26,221 bases of DNA from contig QPMI01000067.1 of NCBI GenBank assembly GCA_004431415.1, positions 1 through 26,221 of the forward strand, given 5' to 3'. A program made the position numbers and the translations under genes. Numbering within the stretch: the first letter of the stretch is position 1; every line of letters starts with the position of its first letter. This DNA is from Cyanophora paradoxa CCMP329 (taxonomy: Eukaryota; Plantae; Glaucophyta). This document shows, piece by piece, positions 1 through 10,940 of the stretch. Below the pieces are notes generated by a model. It ran no database searches and was not told the origin of the DNA. It was given only the letters and a program-made list of their open reading frames with translations.

Positions 1-1327
1 CATTATGTATCTGCACCTGGGTTATCTTGGGATGCTATGCTTAGGACACCAAGGCAAAAATAGAGCTTATAAGTGATGTAGAGCAATACGAATTTGTTGA
101 GAGGGGAATCAGGGGTGGCTTTGCAACAATGCCTTGTAGGTATGCTGAGGCTGATGGTGAAACTCCCATATAAGCTGTTTGATGCTAACAACTTGTATGG
201 CTACTGTTTGAGTCAGCCAATCCCAGTTGGTGATTTTAGATGGAGACCGAATTCAACCCACAAGATAACAGATCCAGTTTCCTGGAAGTTGATCTGGATT
301 ACCCAATTAGGCTATATCTAGACCACAGTGATTTCCCCTAATTATTAACAAGAAAATAGTAGAATATGCAGAATTATCACAATATCAAAAGAGCCTATTA
401 GATCTCTTCAGGAGAAGAGCTTGATAAGACCCCTAAGCTAACTGCAACCTTTGGTTCTGTGACCAACTATGTGATTTCTGAGCCTCTTCTACAGTATCTG
501 TTGGACAAAGGGTGAAATAAAGAAGGTTCACAGGGTCCTATCATTTACTGTGGCTCCTGTAATGAAACCCTACATTGAGCTGAATACTGAGATGAGAAGG
601 AAAGCAGTGAATAAATTCGAGGCTGATTTCTATAAACTCATGAATAACTCAATCTATGGGAAATGCATTGAATCTTGCAGAGGTAGATCTGTGGTTAAGA
701 TTGCAAACAGTGAGAAACTGTTTATGAAATATGCAGCCTCCCATTGGTGAAATCAACAAGTCCCATAAACGAAAAGCAGTTGCCTTTGAGTTTTACACAA
801 AGCATGTGAAGCTAGATAAGCCTGTTGCATTGGGCTTATGTTTGGATGCAGCCAAACTGCATAATACAAGTTCTTCTATGATACTGTAAGGTCCCAATGG
901 ACAAAAGCAAAGTTACTATTCCATGATACTGATTCCTTTTGTCTATATATCGAATCTAAGACCCTACAAAAGATAGAGAATATATCCTATGCATTAGACC
1001 TTGGAGGTGATTCCAGAATGACCCCAGGTAAATACAAAAATGAGATGCCAGGTTCTGCTATATTGGAGTATGTGGGTCTGAGAGCCAAAGTTTACAGTTT
1101 CAGAACTGCTGAGATTGAGAGAAGTAAGCTTCTGGGACTTCCACTGAGGAACTCCAATTTGATTTTAAGCAGTGTTTATTTGCAGGTATCAGCAAGCTGT
1201 GACTGCAAAGCAAAGAGAAGGGCAGATCACACAATAATAGATACTGTGAGTAGAGGGTTGCCCTAAACTGCTTGATGCAAAGAGATACATCTTACCAGAT
1301 GGCATTAATTCTGTTCCTTTTAATTAA
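1..1327 (+). pseudogene. polB: 3' part of protein-primed DNA polymerase B, duplicate copy with many indels (probably sequencing error)
   Basis: Near-identical to 19225-20573. Fragments carry DANNLYG, KLMNNSIYGK and GLRAKVYS. Confidence 0.85.
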
Positions 1328-1330
1328 GAG

Positions 1331-2687
1331 ATGCCAGCAACTGGAAGAATAGTAGGAGAACCACTGAGCAACTGCAAGGTAACTACTGCCTATCACAGTT
1401 CCAAAGGAGGAAAAAGGGGATTCTCGAATGTTAAAAAGTCTGAAATGAAAGAGCTTGTCCCAGTAGAGATTCCAGTTGCTATTGCAGTGAAAGAAACCAG
1501 CAAGATTGCAAGAGATTCTATGATGTGAGAACTGGTTACAAGGGCTTCAAGCTATGAGGGCTGAGTTACCTGATGAATCTATAGAGCAGTTGCAAGAGTT
1601 CTATAAAAAACAGGAAGTTGTTCAGAATCAATGCACCTGCTATATCTAGAAGAGAGATCCATGGTTCCAATAAGGCAACCCTTGATACCTATGTGATTGA
1701 TTTGCTCTTTTTCCCAGCTTATAAGAAACAAAACAATGGCTATGATACCTTTATGACTGCAATGGAATCCACATAAGAACTGGTATATCATACCTATAAG
1801 GGATAAATCAGCTCTCACTACATTAGCTGCATTTAAGCAGCTTGAAATGAGAGTGGCAAGACCCATAGTAAAGGTTCAATCAGATGCTGGGAGTGAATTC
1901 CAAAATCGAATATTCCAGGAGTATCTATCTAGTAAATACATAGAACACAAGTGAGTGGAACTGCTGACCATAGAAGCAAGGTCGAATTGAAGCTTTAACA
2001 GCAGATTAAGAGACTGATCAAACTACTGCATAGCAATAACACAGCTAGATTCTTTGATGTGTTGGGTGATATTGAGTTTAATTACAATAATACAGTTCAC
2101 TCAGCTACTAAGATGAAGCAGGTGAAACTACAGAGGAGCATTATAGGTATATAGTGGGATTAGAAGATGAGAGATTCAGAAATCAATAGCTTATCTTGAC
2201 ACCATGCAGCTGGCATGTTTGTTAGAGTGAAAGTTGAGAAGAACCCCTTTGCTAAACAGGGTAACAATTGGTCTAGGATGGTTTACACTGTTGATAGTAG
2301 AGAAGGCTTTAAGTTAAGCTAAAGAGTCCCACTGGAGAGATCATAGATAACAGGTTTGCTTTCCATGAGTTGTTGCCTGTGAATGCAGTTGAGTATCTGG
2401 AAACCCTACAGTGGATGCCTTAGAGCAAGCTAAAGAGGAAGCTAGGGTTGATGCTGCTATAAGGAGAGAGGGCATAGAAGCTGCTAATGAAGTCCAGATA
2501 AGCCTTTGATAGAAGCTAGAAGGAGAGGCTGGGAAAGTTAACAGGGAACTCAAAAGCTCACTATAGCAGGCACACAGAAACTTTCAGAAGTGAATAGCAG
2601 AGATGGTATATGACTTTCAGACTACTAAGGAGTCATATACAGCCCCTAAACTCAGAGAACACTAAGAGATAGGACAAAACTAGCTAA
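1331..2687 (+). pseudogene. rve integrase plus downstream basic ORF, duplicate copy broken by indels
   Basis: Near-identical to 20577-21961. Confidence 0.85.
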
Positions 2688-2911
2688 GTTTGCTAGGCAA
2701 AAACTCGTTTTTTCCAAATATATGTATGACTGATATACATATATGCACTGATATACACATAGTCTTGTAGATCTTATCAAGCGCTTCACAGCGATATGCA
2801 GAACGTTGCGTTTTGATGATCTGGTGATGAGATATAACAGTTTGAAGATGCAAAAGTCACTTGCCATAGTAGACTTGGTGAACACTAGCCAGGAGTCGAC
2901 TTGGTGGTAAG

Positions 2912-2983
2912 CCGTTTTTGGCTCAGAGAATAGAGCGCTTGATTTCTGACTCCAACTACGCGGTTCAAATCCGCTCGGGAACC
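2912..2983 (+). ncRNA. tRNA-like / Pol III A-box-B-box element (copy 1)
   Basis: D-arm-like GCTC-AGAGAATA-GAGC and T-arm GCGG-TTCAAAT-CCGC at tRNA-like spacing. Anticodon and acceptor stems are imperfect. Confidence 0.4.
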
Positions 2984-3748
2984 TTTACTTCGTTCGCGTG
3001 AAACTTGAAAAGTAAAAAAAAAACGCGGTTTTTCTAGATTAATGCTGTACCCGTCTAGAAAATCAATATTAACGTTTGCTACGATATCTCAACACCAACT
3101 TATCAAATCGATGCGCTTAAAACGTCATAAAATCGAGCATTTCAAGGCGGTCACAGCGCTTATGAGCCATATCGGAATTTCACTAACTGTACTCCAAATC
3201 GCGATGAAACGATTTTGAATTTCGATTTTAATTCGATTAAATCCATTAAACGTGAGTTTTTATATAGATCACTAGGAAGTTATCAAATCGATGCACTGAC
3301 GGTCGAATATAATCCATATATCATACATAACAATAACTTGCAATCACATATACGAATCTCAATGTGTATAGATCGCTATTACGATTAAAGCGAGTTTTGA
3401 AATTCAAAATTAATTCGATTAAATTCGATTATAACTCAAAAATCGCGATTTATAACCATATACTTATCGTTTCGATCAACTTATGATATCGAATATTCAA
3501 CTATATTATATTGCTTCGATAACTGTGATCCCATCTATGATCCATCAATCTAACACTGCATTTAGTAAGCATCTGCCCTAGATTCCCCTATTTATTATAT
3601 TTATATTTAAGTGGACTCAAGGTTGACTCATATTAATCGTAAAAGTAGTAAAAGTATATGGATTTTGTTACGAATTCAATGCAAGGGTTGACTAAGTGGG
3701 TTGAGTTGACTCAAATTTCACAGGAAATAACAATGAATCAGAGTATAA

Positions 3749-4201
3749 ATGCATTTTTTGAATCAACTACACAACTAACACTGAGATTTTACCAATATAT
3801 GAGTCCTTACTGAATATGGTTTGTGTGACAGGTGTGACAGGTCTATCCAAACTTTTCTATAGCATAAAAATGAACTCTCAAAAGTTTGGGATGGACCTGT
3901 CACACCTGTCACACTCGATTATTTCATTTGTTTATTCAAGTAGAATTACATAGATAAACTTCTTACTTATTGTTACTGAGTTTTTCATTATAAAGAGATC
4001 CTTACTGAATATGGTTGTGTGACAGGTGTGACAGGATGCATTTTGTGAATCAACTACACCAACTAACACTGAAATTTTAACATTAAAGAGATCCTTACTG
4101 AATATGGTTTGTGTGACAGGTGTGACAGGTCTATCCCAACTTTTCTATAACATAAAAATGAACTATCAAAGTTTGGGATAGACCTGTCACACCTGTCACA
4201 C
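3749..4201. repeat. Two ~165 bp direct repeats, each ending in a GTGTGACAG-repeat palindrome, plus one half-site
   Basis: GTGTGACAGGTGTGACAGGTCTATCC...GGAT(G/A)GACCTGTCACACCTGTCACAC at 3823-3914 and 4111-4201, with a half-site at ~4017-4035. Confidence 0.9.
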
Positions 4202-4449
4202 CCAATTATTTCAAAAATCCTAAGGGTCCCCCTTAGAATCATTAAAACATGATAAAAACATATAAGTTTCATGTTAATTACGATTGAATTCAATAAGAGA
4301 TCGATTTGTTTTATTAACAAATGAATCTTTTATGGATCTTAATCGAGTTTAGCGATATATTTCCGATTAAATGAATTAAATTAATTAAATTTAATCGAGA
4401 AAGTACATGAATATAATATCGATTAAATCAATTAACTTTTAGACCAATC

Positions 4450-4731
4450 ACACATAGTAAAATGCGGAGTTTTAACCAGAGGCAAGATCTAATTGAGATT
4501 CAGTTATATTATTCGGAAATATATACAGATTATCGATAGACTCAGTAAGACTAATCGGAAAATAAGAGAAATTTACGATAAAATATCGAAAAGAATACAA
4601 AATAATCGAAATAAATGAATATTCGATAAGATATACACAGATTATCGATTGATTGAAATAGAATATACGAGATATATCAACAAAATCAATTAAGATAAGC
4701 CGAGGTTAAAACTCCGCATTTTACTATGTGT
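4450..4731. repeat. MITE-like cassette with perfect 28 bp terminal inverted repeats (copy 1)
   Basis: ACACATAGTAAAATGCGGAGTTTTAACC (4450-4477) and its reverse complement (4704-4731) flank an AT-rich core. No target-site duplication seen. Confidence 0.8.
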
Positions 4732-6824
4732 TACACGGAGTCAGCCTACGGAACGGATGTGAATATCTTTGCTATCAATCCATGCGGGTCAATCAATCCT
4801 CGACGACGCCAGCATACACATCAGTAAAGAAGTTGACAGGGCATGGCTGGGGAGTGACGAGGGCAGTGTTCGATCCTCTGGGACGATTCCTCATCACGGC
4901 CAGTGCAGACCACACTGTTCGACTCTGGTACATTTATATATATATGCTATGGAGTGATTATGAATATCAGAACTGCAGTAATTGACAGGGGGATATATAC
5001 GACAGGGGGACAAGCGACTGGCCCAACTGTGGTACAATCTTGACCTGTACATTCGCGATTGGACAGCCGGAACGAAACTTCACTCTTAACGCTGCTTCGA
5101 AGACGATATTTTCCGGTGCGCGCGTGCGAAATAATTTGCATGATGGGTATATATACCTGTGGATATATATAATTAAACTTTTGGTATCAGAGCCTGTCGC
5201 TCAATTGAATAGAACCCTCATTGCAATAGAGGACTCGCGATCAGTCTCCTCAATGGTCACCACTGCGCATGCGGCCTTTGTCATGCTCAACAAAACTGCG
5301 GGCCCCGATTCACAACAAAGCAACATGCGACTGATATGGATCGAAGACTTTCGCCTGAAAACGAAAGAATTTTCGGCTGCAAGCAACTTGAGCGGACTCG
5401 ATTTCTCTTTGTTTTCGGTATCTTCTGATGGACAAAGCGTCGCGGGGGCGGCTCGGGCCTATGTGTTTCTCTGGAGATCAGTGGAAAGTGAATGGCGTTT
5501 GGTTCAGAGCGTTTCATCACCATGCTTGATCATTCAGATGCACACTAGTACTTCACCCGATTACAGATCTAGAGAAGAGTTCGAATCTAGCATCGATATC
5601 GTGTCAGTTCGTGCTTTGGGTTCCTTCAATCACCAGCTTCTCCTAACGCCTACGATCTATATCTGTTCGGCTGATATTCATCATTTCGCGGGACATGTCG
5701 AATATTTCCTCGTCTACGTTTATGAACAAACTAGATAAACTTGGCAAAGGCATCGATGATAATTTTTTCCCCAGTAGCTGGATATTCTCTTCTCAAGGGA
5801 CTCTCCTTGCACATTCTTCAAATGGAGCAGCTGATGCTGTCATCTTTCACTCGAAAACAGCATCTATCCTGCAGCGAGTACCTAAGCCGACAGACTACAG
5901 TTTCAGCAATTCTTATAATTATGTGGCGTGCGCATTTTGGCCTGACGAAAGGAGCTTTTAGTGTCTGGTATTCGCGTCAGTGGACTCGGGCAATTCATCG
6001 TCTCAGTCGAATTTCGATTCCGCTGGTGAATCAATAGGAACTTACGAAGCTCCAGGCGATCTCGTGCAGATCACATCTGTGCTCGTGACCTTGGATGCCA
6101 GATATGTTCTGGCGAGCGCAGGAGGATTGGTATATTGCTGGTCCTCAGGTGGCAAACTCGATCGCGTATTTCGAAGTGAAGGGGCAATCTCGCGTATAGC
6201 AATTTCGCCAATCTCAAGTTTTCTTATCGCCGAGATCCCTTCGCCTTCACCCAGCTATGCATATGGAACTCAAAGCCATCTTGAGATTTGGTGATCTGAC
6301 GCCCTTCATTATTCTTGTGATATCGATGTGAATTGCATGGTCTGACGAATTGTATTTGGCGCTAGGTCTGTGGCTGGCAATCATGTTCCACATCGCGACA
6401 CGTCTATGTCGATTTCGAACAACACAAACAACGGCAGCGGTAAATCAGATCTGGATCCGATCGCCAACAGTACAATTATCAACAAGCCGCTAGATCTGAA
6501 TTCCACAAAGCCTCTGAACTCAACAAACTCCGCGGCCGGTTTAGATGGCCAGGGCGCCGGCGGCCTCTGAATTCCACACACTCCGGATCCAGCCTCCTTG
6601 ATTCTCAAGCAAATTGCAGTCCACTATTTTGCGCGCGGGCTTCGTGGTACATTGACCTTGTGATTATCTTGGCCATCGTTTTCTTCATAGCAATACTGTC
6701 GCTGATTATCTACATCAATCGAGCTAGAATATTTAGAAAGTTAGGCGGGCATTTTTCGAAAACAAGAGTACGAAAGCCTCGAGTAATATTAGGCAACTTA
6801 GTTTCTGCAGATAATACCGTATAG
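4726..6824 (+). CDS. WD40/beta-propeller protein with N-glycosylated stalk and C-terminal transmembrane helix (probable introns; frameshifted in this copy)
   Basis: WD40 repeat LTGHGWGVTRAVFDPLGRFLITASADHTVRLW, plus further blade-like segments (VSSDGQSVAGAARAYVFLW, VTLDARYVLASAGGLVYCW). Repeated LNST sequons precede the hydrophobic LVIILAIVFFIAILSLIIYI and basic RARIFRK. Several frameshifts are repaired by the other copy; exon boundaries are uncertain. Confidence 0.6.
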
Positions 6825-7199
6825 TTTATATGCAGTGCATTTACGTATACTCGCATTTGGCCATCAATGTACCCGCTGAACGTTTTATAATTTTGATTGA
6901 TCACGAGCTGTGCGCCAGCGTATTTACCATGAGCCACTTCAACCGCCATACGATGATTCGCTGTACAACGGAATTTGCAAGTGTAGCTTGCAGATTCATC
7001 GATAAAGAAAATCTAAATTACATTTCAATTGAATGAATGTTATAAACATAGTGGTACAGTTTTGCAAAAGGGCCTCATGATCGTCGCCCTCAGAACATAA
7101 TATGCACCGGTCCTCAATTATATTAGGAGGCGTGGGCATGCTGAGCTACACGGTCCTAGATGCCCTCATGCTGGTTAGAAACATGGCCGCGGGTCGCTT

Positions 7200-7615
7200 G
7201 GGGGGAGGGGGGGGGCGGGGGCGGGGGCCGGGGAGGTCAAGAGAGGGTATGGGAGGTTGAGAGCTCGAGGAAGAGATGGGAGGGTAGCCTAGCTATAGTA
7301 GGTTCAGTTGCGGTCGCTGGGTCTTGAATATTTAATCGCGCCGCCAAGTCCACGGATGCGCCGGGGTACGGGATGAGTTCGTCGCTGGCGGAACGTGTGG
7401 AGGCTGCAAACCTCGTCGGCCTTACAGGCTGCAAAGCCCTGCCGACGCCGCGTTCGGTCTCCATCAGATTGACCTCCTCCCGCTCCCGTCGCCGCCGGCG
7501 GCCGTGCACGTGGGGTCCTGATCATGAGCGGCCACGTCCTTACCTATATATGCAGGCAACCTCTTCCTAGCCCGGCACGCCACCCCCCCCCCTCCCCTCC
7601 CCCCCCCCTCCCCCC
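7200..7615. repeat. Poly-G tract (7200-7236) and poly-C tract (7583-7615) in inverted arrangement, G-quadruplex potential
   Basis: Runs of G and C directly visible at the transition into GC-rich DNA. Confidence 0.55.
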
Positions 7616-9524
7616 TTGTCTTATCTAGAAGCCTAGTCTAAGTGATGGGGCGAAGGCGAAAAACTTCCAAAATTAAAAGCCTTCGTGAATACTGAGGGCA
7701 GGGCCCAGGTAGGGGAACATCTTGTTCCATGAAGGGGAAGGCCCTGAGGGAACTGAAAGAAGGAGAGAGAGTGGTGAGATCTAAAGGCAAGGAACAAAAG
7801 GGCATGCGCGCAGGCAGGCCGGGCCCGCCGCTTCCAGAAAAGAGGGGGCACTGCGGCACCGCTGCCCTCGAAGTAGAGGAAAACAGACCAAGGGGGCGAC
7901 TTCAACGATTGGGAGGGCGGCCCGCGGCCGACTGCCGAGAAAGAAGAGAGAGGCTGAAGGGCCGAAAAAGCTGTCCTGGCTGCAGCTGGTGGGCCGCGAG
8001 CTGGGGGCGGCGGCTGCCGCGGTGCAGGCACGGCGGCAGCCGCGCGCCCGCGGCGGGCGGCCGCGGGACGAAATTAAAGGCGGCGGCCGGCGGGATGAAA
8101 GGCGGCGGCCGCGAGGCGCTGCAGCAGCCGCGCTCTCGCGGCGGGCGGGGCGGGCCGGGGTGGCGGAGCGAGGCGGCGGCGACGGACGCACGCGCCCGCC
8201 GCGGGGCCCGACGGGCCGGCGGGGCGGGCGCGTGGGGACTCTGGGGAGGCGGGCGCGTGGGGAGGCGGCAGCGGGGCGGCAGGCCTAGGGGGCGGCACTT
8301 TCGCGCCGAGGTAATAGAGCCCGCGCTGTGAAGGATTGTGAGCAGCTGAGAGCTGAGAGGACTCGCGGGCGGCGAACTTTGAGCCTTATAATCACTAAGT
8401 TAGATCATCGGATCGGCAGAAAATGATCCACTTCAGATCTGAAGTAGAAAAAGTCGTGCTCTAAAAACCTCGCACGGGCGCGCCCCGCGGCCGCGGCCGG
8501 CTAGCGCTGCCTGATCGGCAAGCACGTCCGACGTCGACCGTCCTTGGTTCGCTTCGCGCGCCTCGCGATCGCCGCGCCGGCCGCGCCGCTGCGACGCTAG
8601 CGTCGGACTGCGGCAACTCGAGCTCGGGTCACGTCGGACTGCGGGGCAAGCTCGACGCCGCGCCACGAGTCGCGTCGCCGCGGCCGCGGCCCGCGGCCAC
8701 GTGCACTCGCGCCGCCGCTGCTTGTAGAGCGCTAGCAGCTCAACGCACAGCCTGGCAGCTACTCTATATCACTCCTCCTCCAGTCCGCGGGGCTTTGCAG
8801 ATGCGTCTCTCGCACTATCACTCGGGCGTCTCTTTTCGGATGTCTGGGCCGGGCCGGAGCATCTCTCTTCCAGCGCCCGGCGGGCGGCGCCCGCGCGCGG
8901 CTGCGGCGGGGCGAGCCTCGGAGCCGGCGCTCTTAAGCTTGGAGGGCGCCAGCCAGCGCCTACGTGCACGGCCGTCGCAGCTGCAGCTGGCGCCGCGGCG
9001 CCGGCGGCGCGCGGGTCCAAGGTCACCTAGCTATAGTACACGTGCACCAGCGCTAATTATAACCCCACGGCAGCAGGCTGCACCCTTGTATGTGTACTGC
9101 AGTCTTGACTAATTAACGTTCGATTTCAGATCTAGAGTTTTGCTTGTGCCTTGAACTACTTAGGCTAGTACTTGCTCGCCGACGCTCAGTTTGAGAGGGA
9201 TACAGGATCCAGAGTCGAGACCGGGTACAGAAAAAGTGGCCGCGACGAGCTCCCGCGCTTGGCGGCTGGGCCCCGCTGGGCCCTCAACGCAAGAACGAGA
9301 CAGTTTGCTCGTCGGGTCGCAACGATCTTGAGCTTCCCGCTCGAGCAACTTCGGCTGCGCGGTGACGGCACAGCCTAGACGACTGAGCAGACGTTTCCGT
9401 CGATTTCGCGTCGTCTTGCCAGCCCCGCAGGCGCCAGCCTGAGGATCCCCAGCGAAGGGACCCCCGCGCCGTTTCTCCAGCCTAGGCGGAGATCGAGCAA
9501 GCCGCTGGGCCTAGCGCGCGTAGA

Positions 9525-10459
9525 ATGCAACGCTCGAACTCGGGAGGGATCGGCGGGCTGGGCAGCCTCGGCCTGTCGGAAGAGATTTCGAAGTCCGGAG
9601 GCGGCCCGAGCCGCCGCCTCTCCGACCAGGTCCGAAAGCCCCGCGCGCGGCCGGGGCCCGCCGCGAGTCGCCGAGATTGTAGTTGCAGGAGCAGCTGGAA
9701 GGGCTGCGCGGGGCCATGGAGGCGACCTCGAGCGAGCTGGCGGAGGTGAGCTCCGAGCGCGACCGGCTCCTCGACGAGTGCGAGCGGCTGGCCGACAAGG
9801 TGCCGCGCCGCCGCCGCCCGCCTTCCCGGCCGCGTCCCGGGCGAGCCCGGCGCGGGCGCAGGTGCAGGACCTGGAGCGGGCGGTCTCGGAGAAGGACCGC
9901 GCGCTGGCGGTCGCGCAGGCCTCGGCGGGCCCCGCGGCGATGGAAGAGGCGGCGGCGGGCGTGGAGGAGCTGCGCGAGGCGCTGGAGGCGCTGGCGCGGG
10001 ATGCGGCCGGCGAGCTGGACGCCTTCAAGCTCGACATGAACCGCCTCGAGACCGCCGTCCAGCGGGTCGACAAGGCCAAGGCCGGCGCCGGCGCCACGCT
10101 GGCGGCCCCGAAGATGCTCGTGCAGCCGCCGACGCCCACGGGCGACCGCTTCGACGACTTTGGCGAGGCCGCGGACGCGATCAACGAGATGCGCGAGGAG
10201 CTGGTGCGCCGGCCGCCCGCCCCCGCCCCGGCCCCGCCCCCGTCCCCGCCGACGCCGACGCGGACGGACGGGAGCGCAGCGGCAGCTGCGGGGGCAGGTG
10301 AAGAAGCAGGAGGCGGAGATGGAGGAGGCGCTGGGGGAGTTCGCGGCGACGGCCAACCAGGCGATCGCCGAGGCGAAGCGCACGAAGAGCCCCGCAAGCC
10401 TCGCCGGCAGGGGCGGCGCCGAGGTCACCATCGGCACCGAGGAGCTCGAGATGGAGATG
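9525..10459 (+). CDS. Host-type spliced coiled-coil protein gene, 3' truncated (exons ~9525-9629, 9683/9689-9799, 9862-10203, 10280-~10459)
   Basis: Three phase-0 GT..AG introns (9630-9682/9688, 9800-9861, 10204-10279) join separate ORF-track frames into one E/A/L-rich heptad protein with GC-rich codons. Confidence 0.7.
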
Positions 10460-10875
10460 TTTCAGTTCGTGATAATGCAACTGTTGATAAATCCACTGGC
10501 TCCCACAGTGTTCTTAAGACCTATGCCAACTCCAAAGATATTACTTTCACTGTTGAAATTAATGGACAGCGACTTTATGCCACTGAGCCAATTTCCCTAC
10601 TCAAAGGTGCTGAGCTAATTGCTGATGCCTTCAAATGCTCTAACATGGATAAGGTTGCTGATCGCTATGTCCTTTCAGGTTTAAGTTTCTGCATTGATGG
10701 AGAGAAGGCAATTCGAAATATTGCCCAGTCTGGTTATGTTGATTTAACAAATTCCTCCTCTTCATTCCTCACCCTGTACATGCCTTCAGATAAGGTAATC
10801 GATGTTAATGTTCGCGCTCTCATGCATTCCTATATAATTTTGGACAAAGATGGGCTTCGTCGTATAAATTTGTAG
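10450..10875 (+). pseudogene. Probable C-terminal ~140 aa of a PLV double jelly-roll major capsid protein, 5' part missing
   Basis: AT-rich open frame with no start of its own. The beta-strand-rich ending GLSFCIDGE...SGYVDLTNSSSSFLTL...VNVRALMHSYIILDKDGLRRI resembles PLV MCP C-termini (recalled pattern, not searched). Lies directly upstream of the packaging ATPase. Confidence 0.45.
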
Positions 10876-10940
10876 ATTGTGACGATATTCAGTCTCCCTG
10901 CATTATTTTTATATGTCTTTATTAAGAAAGATATACAACA

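Larger units (their letters stand above)
1..6927 (+). repeat. Copy 1 of ~7 kb direct repeat (matches 19225-26221)
   Basis: Base 1 CATTATGTATCTGCACCTGGG recurs at 19225, and TGCGCCAGCGTATTTAC ending at 6927 recurs at the window end. The copies are colinear with many 1-bp indels. Confidence 0.97.

Noticed and set aside
2912-2983. Functional tRNA gene
   Set aside because: Acceptor and anticodon stems do not pair canonically; kept only as tRNA-like
3749-4201. CRISPR-like array
   Set aside because: Intervening sequences are themselves repeated, units are few and irregular, there are no cas genes, and the context is eukaryotic
6830-7200. Polinton terminal inverted repeat at the element-host boundary
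   Set aside because: No matching inverted partner or target-site duplication found in the window
7288-9038. 13 bp direct repeat CCTAGCTATAGTA at 7288 and 9026 as a target-site duplication
   Set aside because: No terminal repeats or transposase between them
7633-9378. Many overlapping R/A/P/G-rich ORFs on both strands
   Set aside because: Expected from stop-codon scarcity in very GC-rich DNA; no domain-like sequence
9375-10437. 340 aa and 308 aa minus-strand ORFs
   Set aside because: Antisense shadows of the GC-rich plus-strand spliced gene
9778-10875. 365 aa ORF as a single protein
   Set aside because: Chimera of a host exon, intron read-through and a viral fragment
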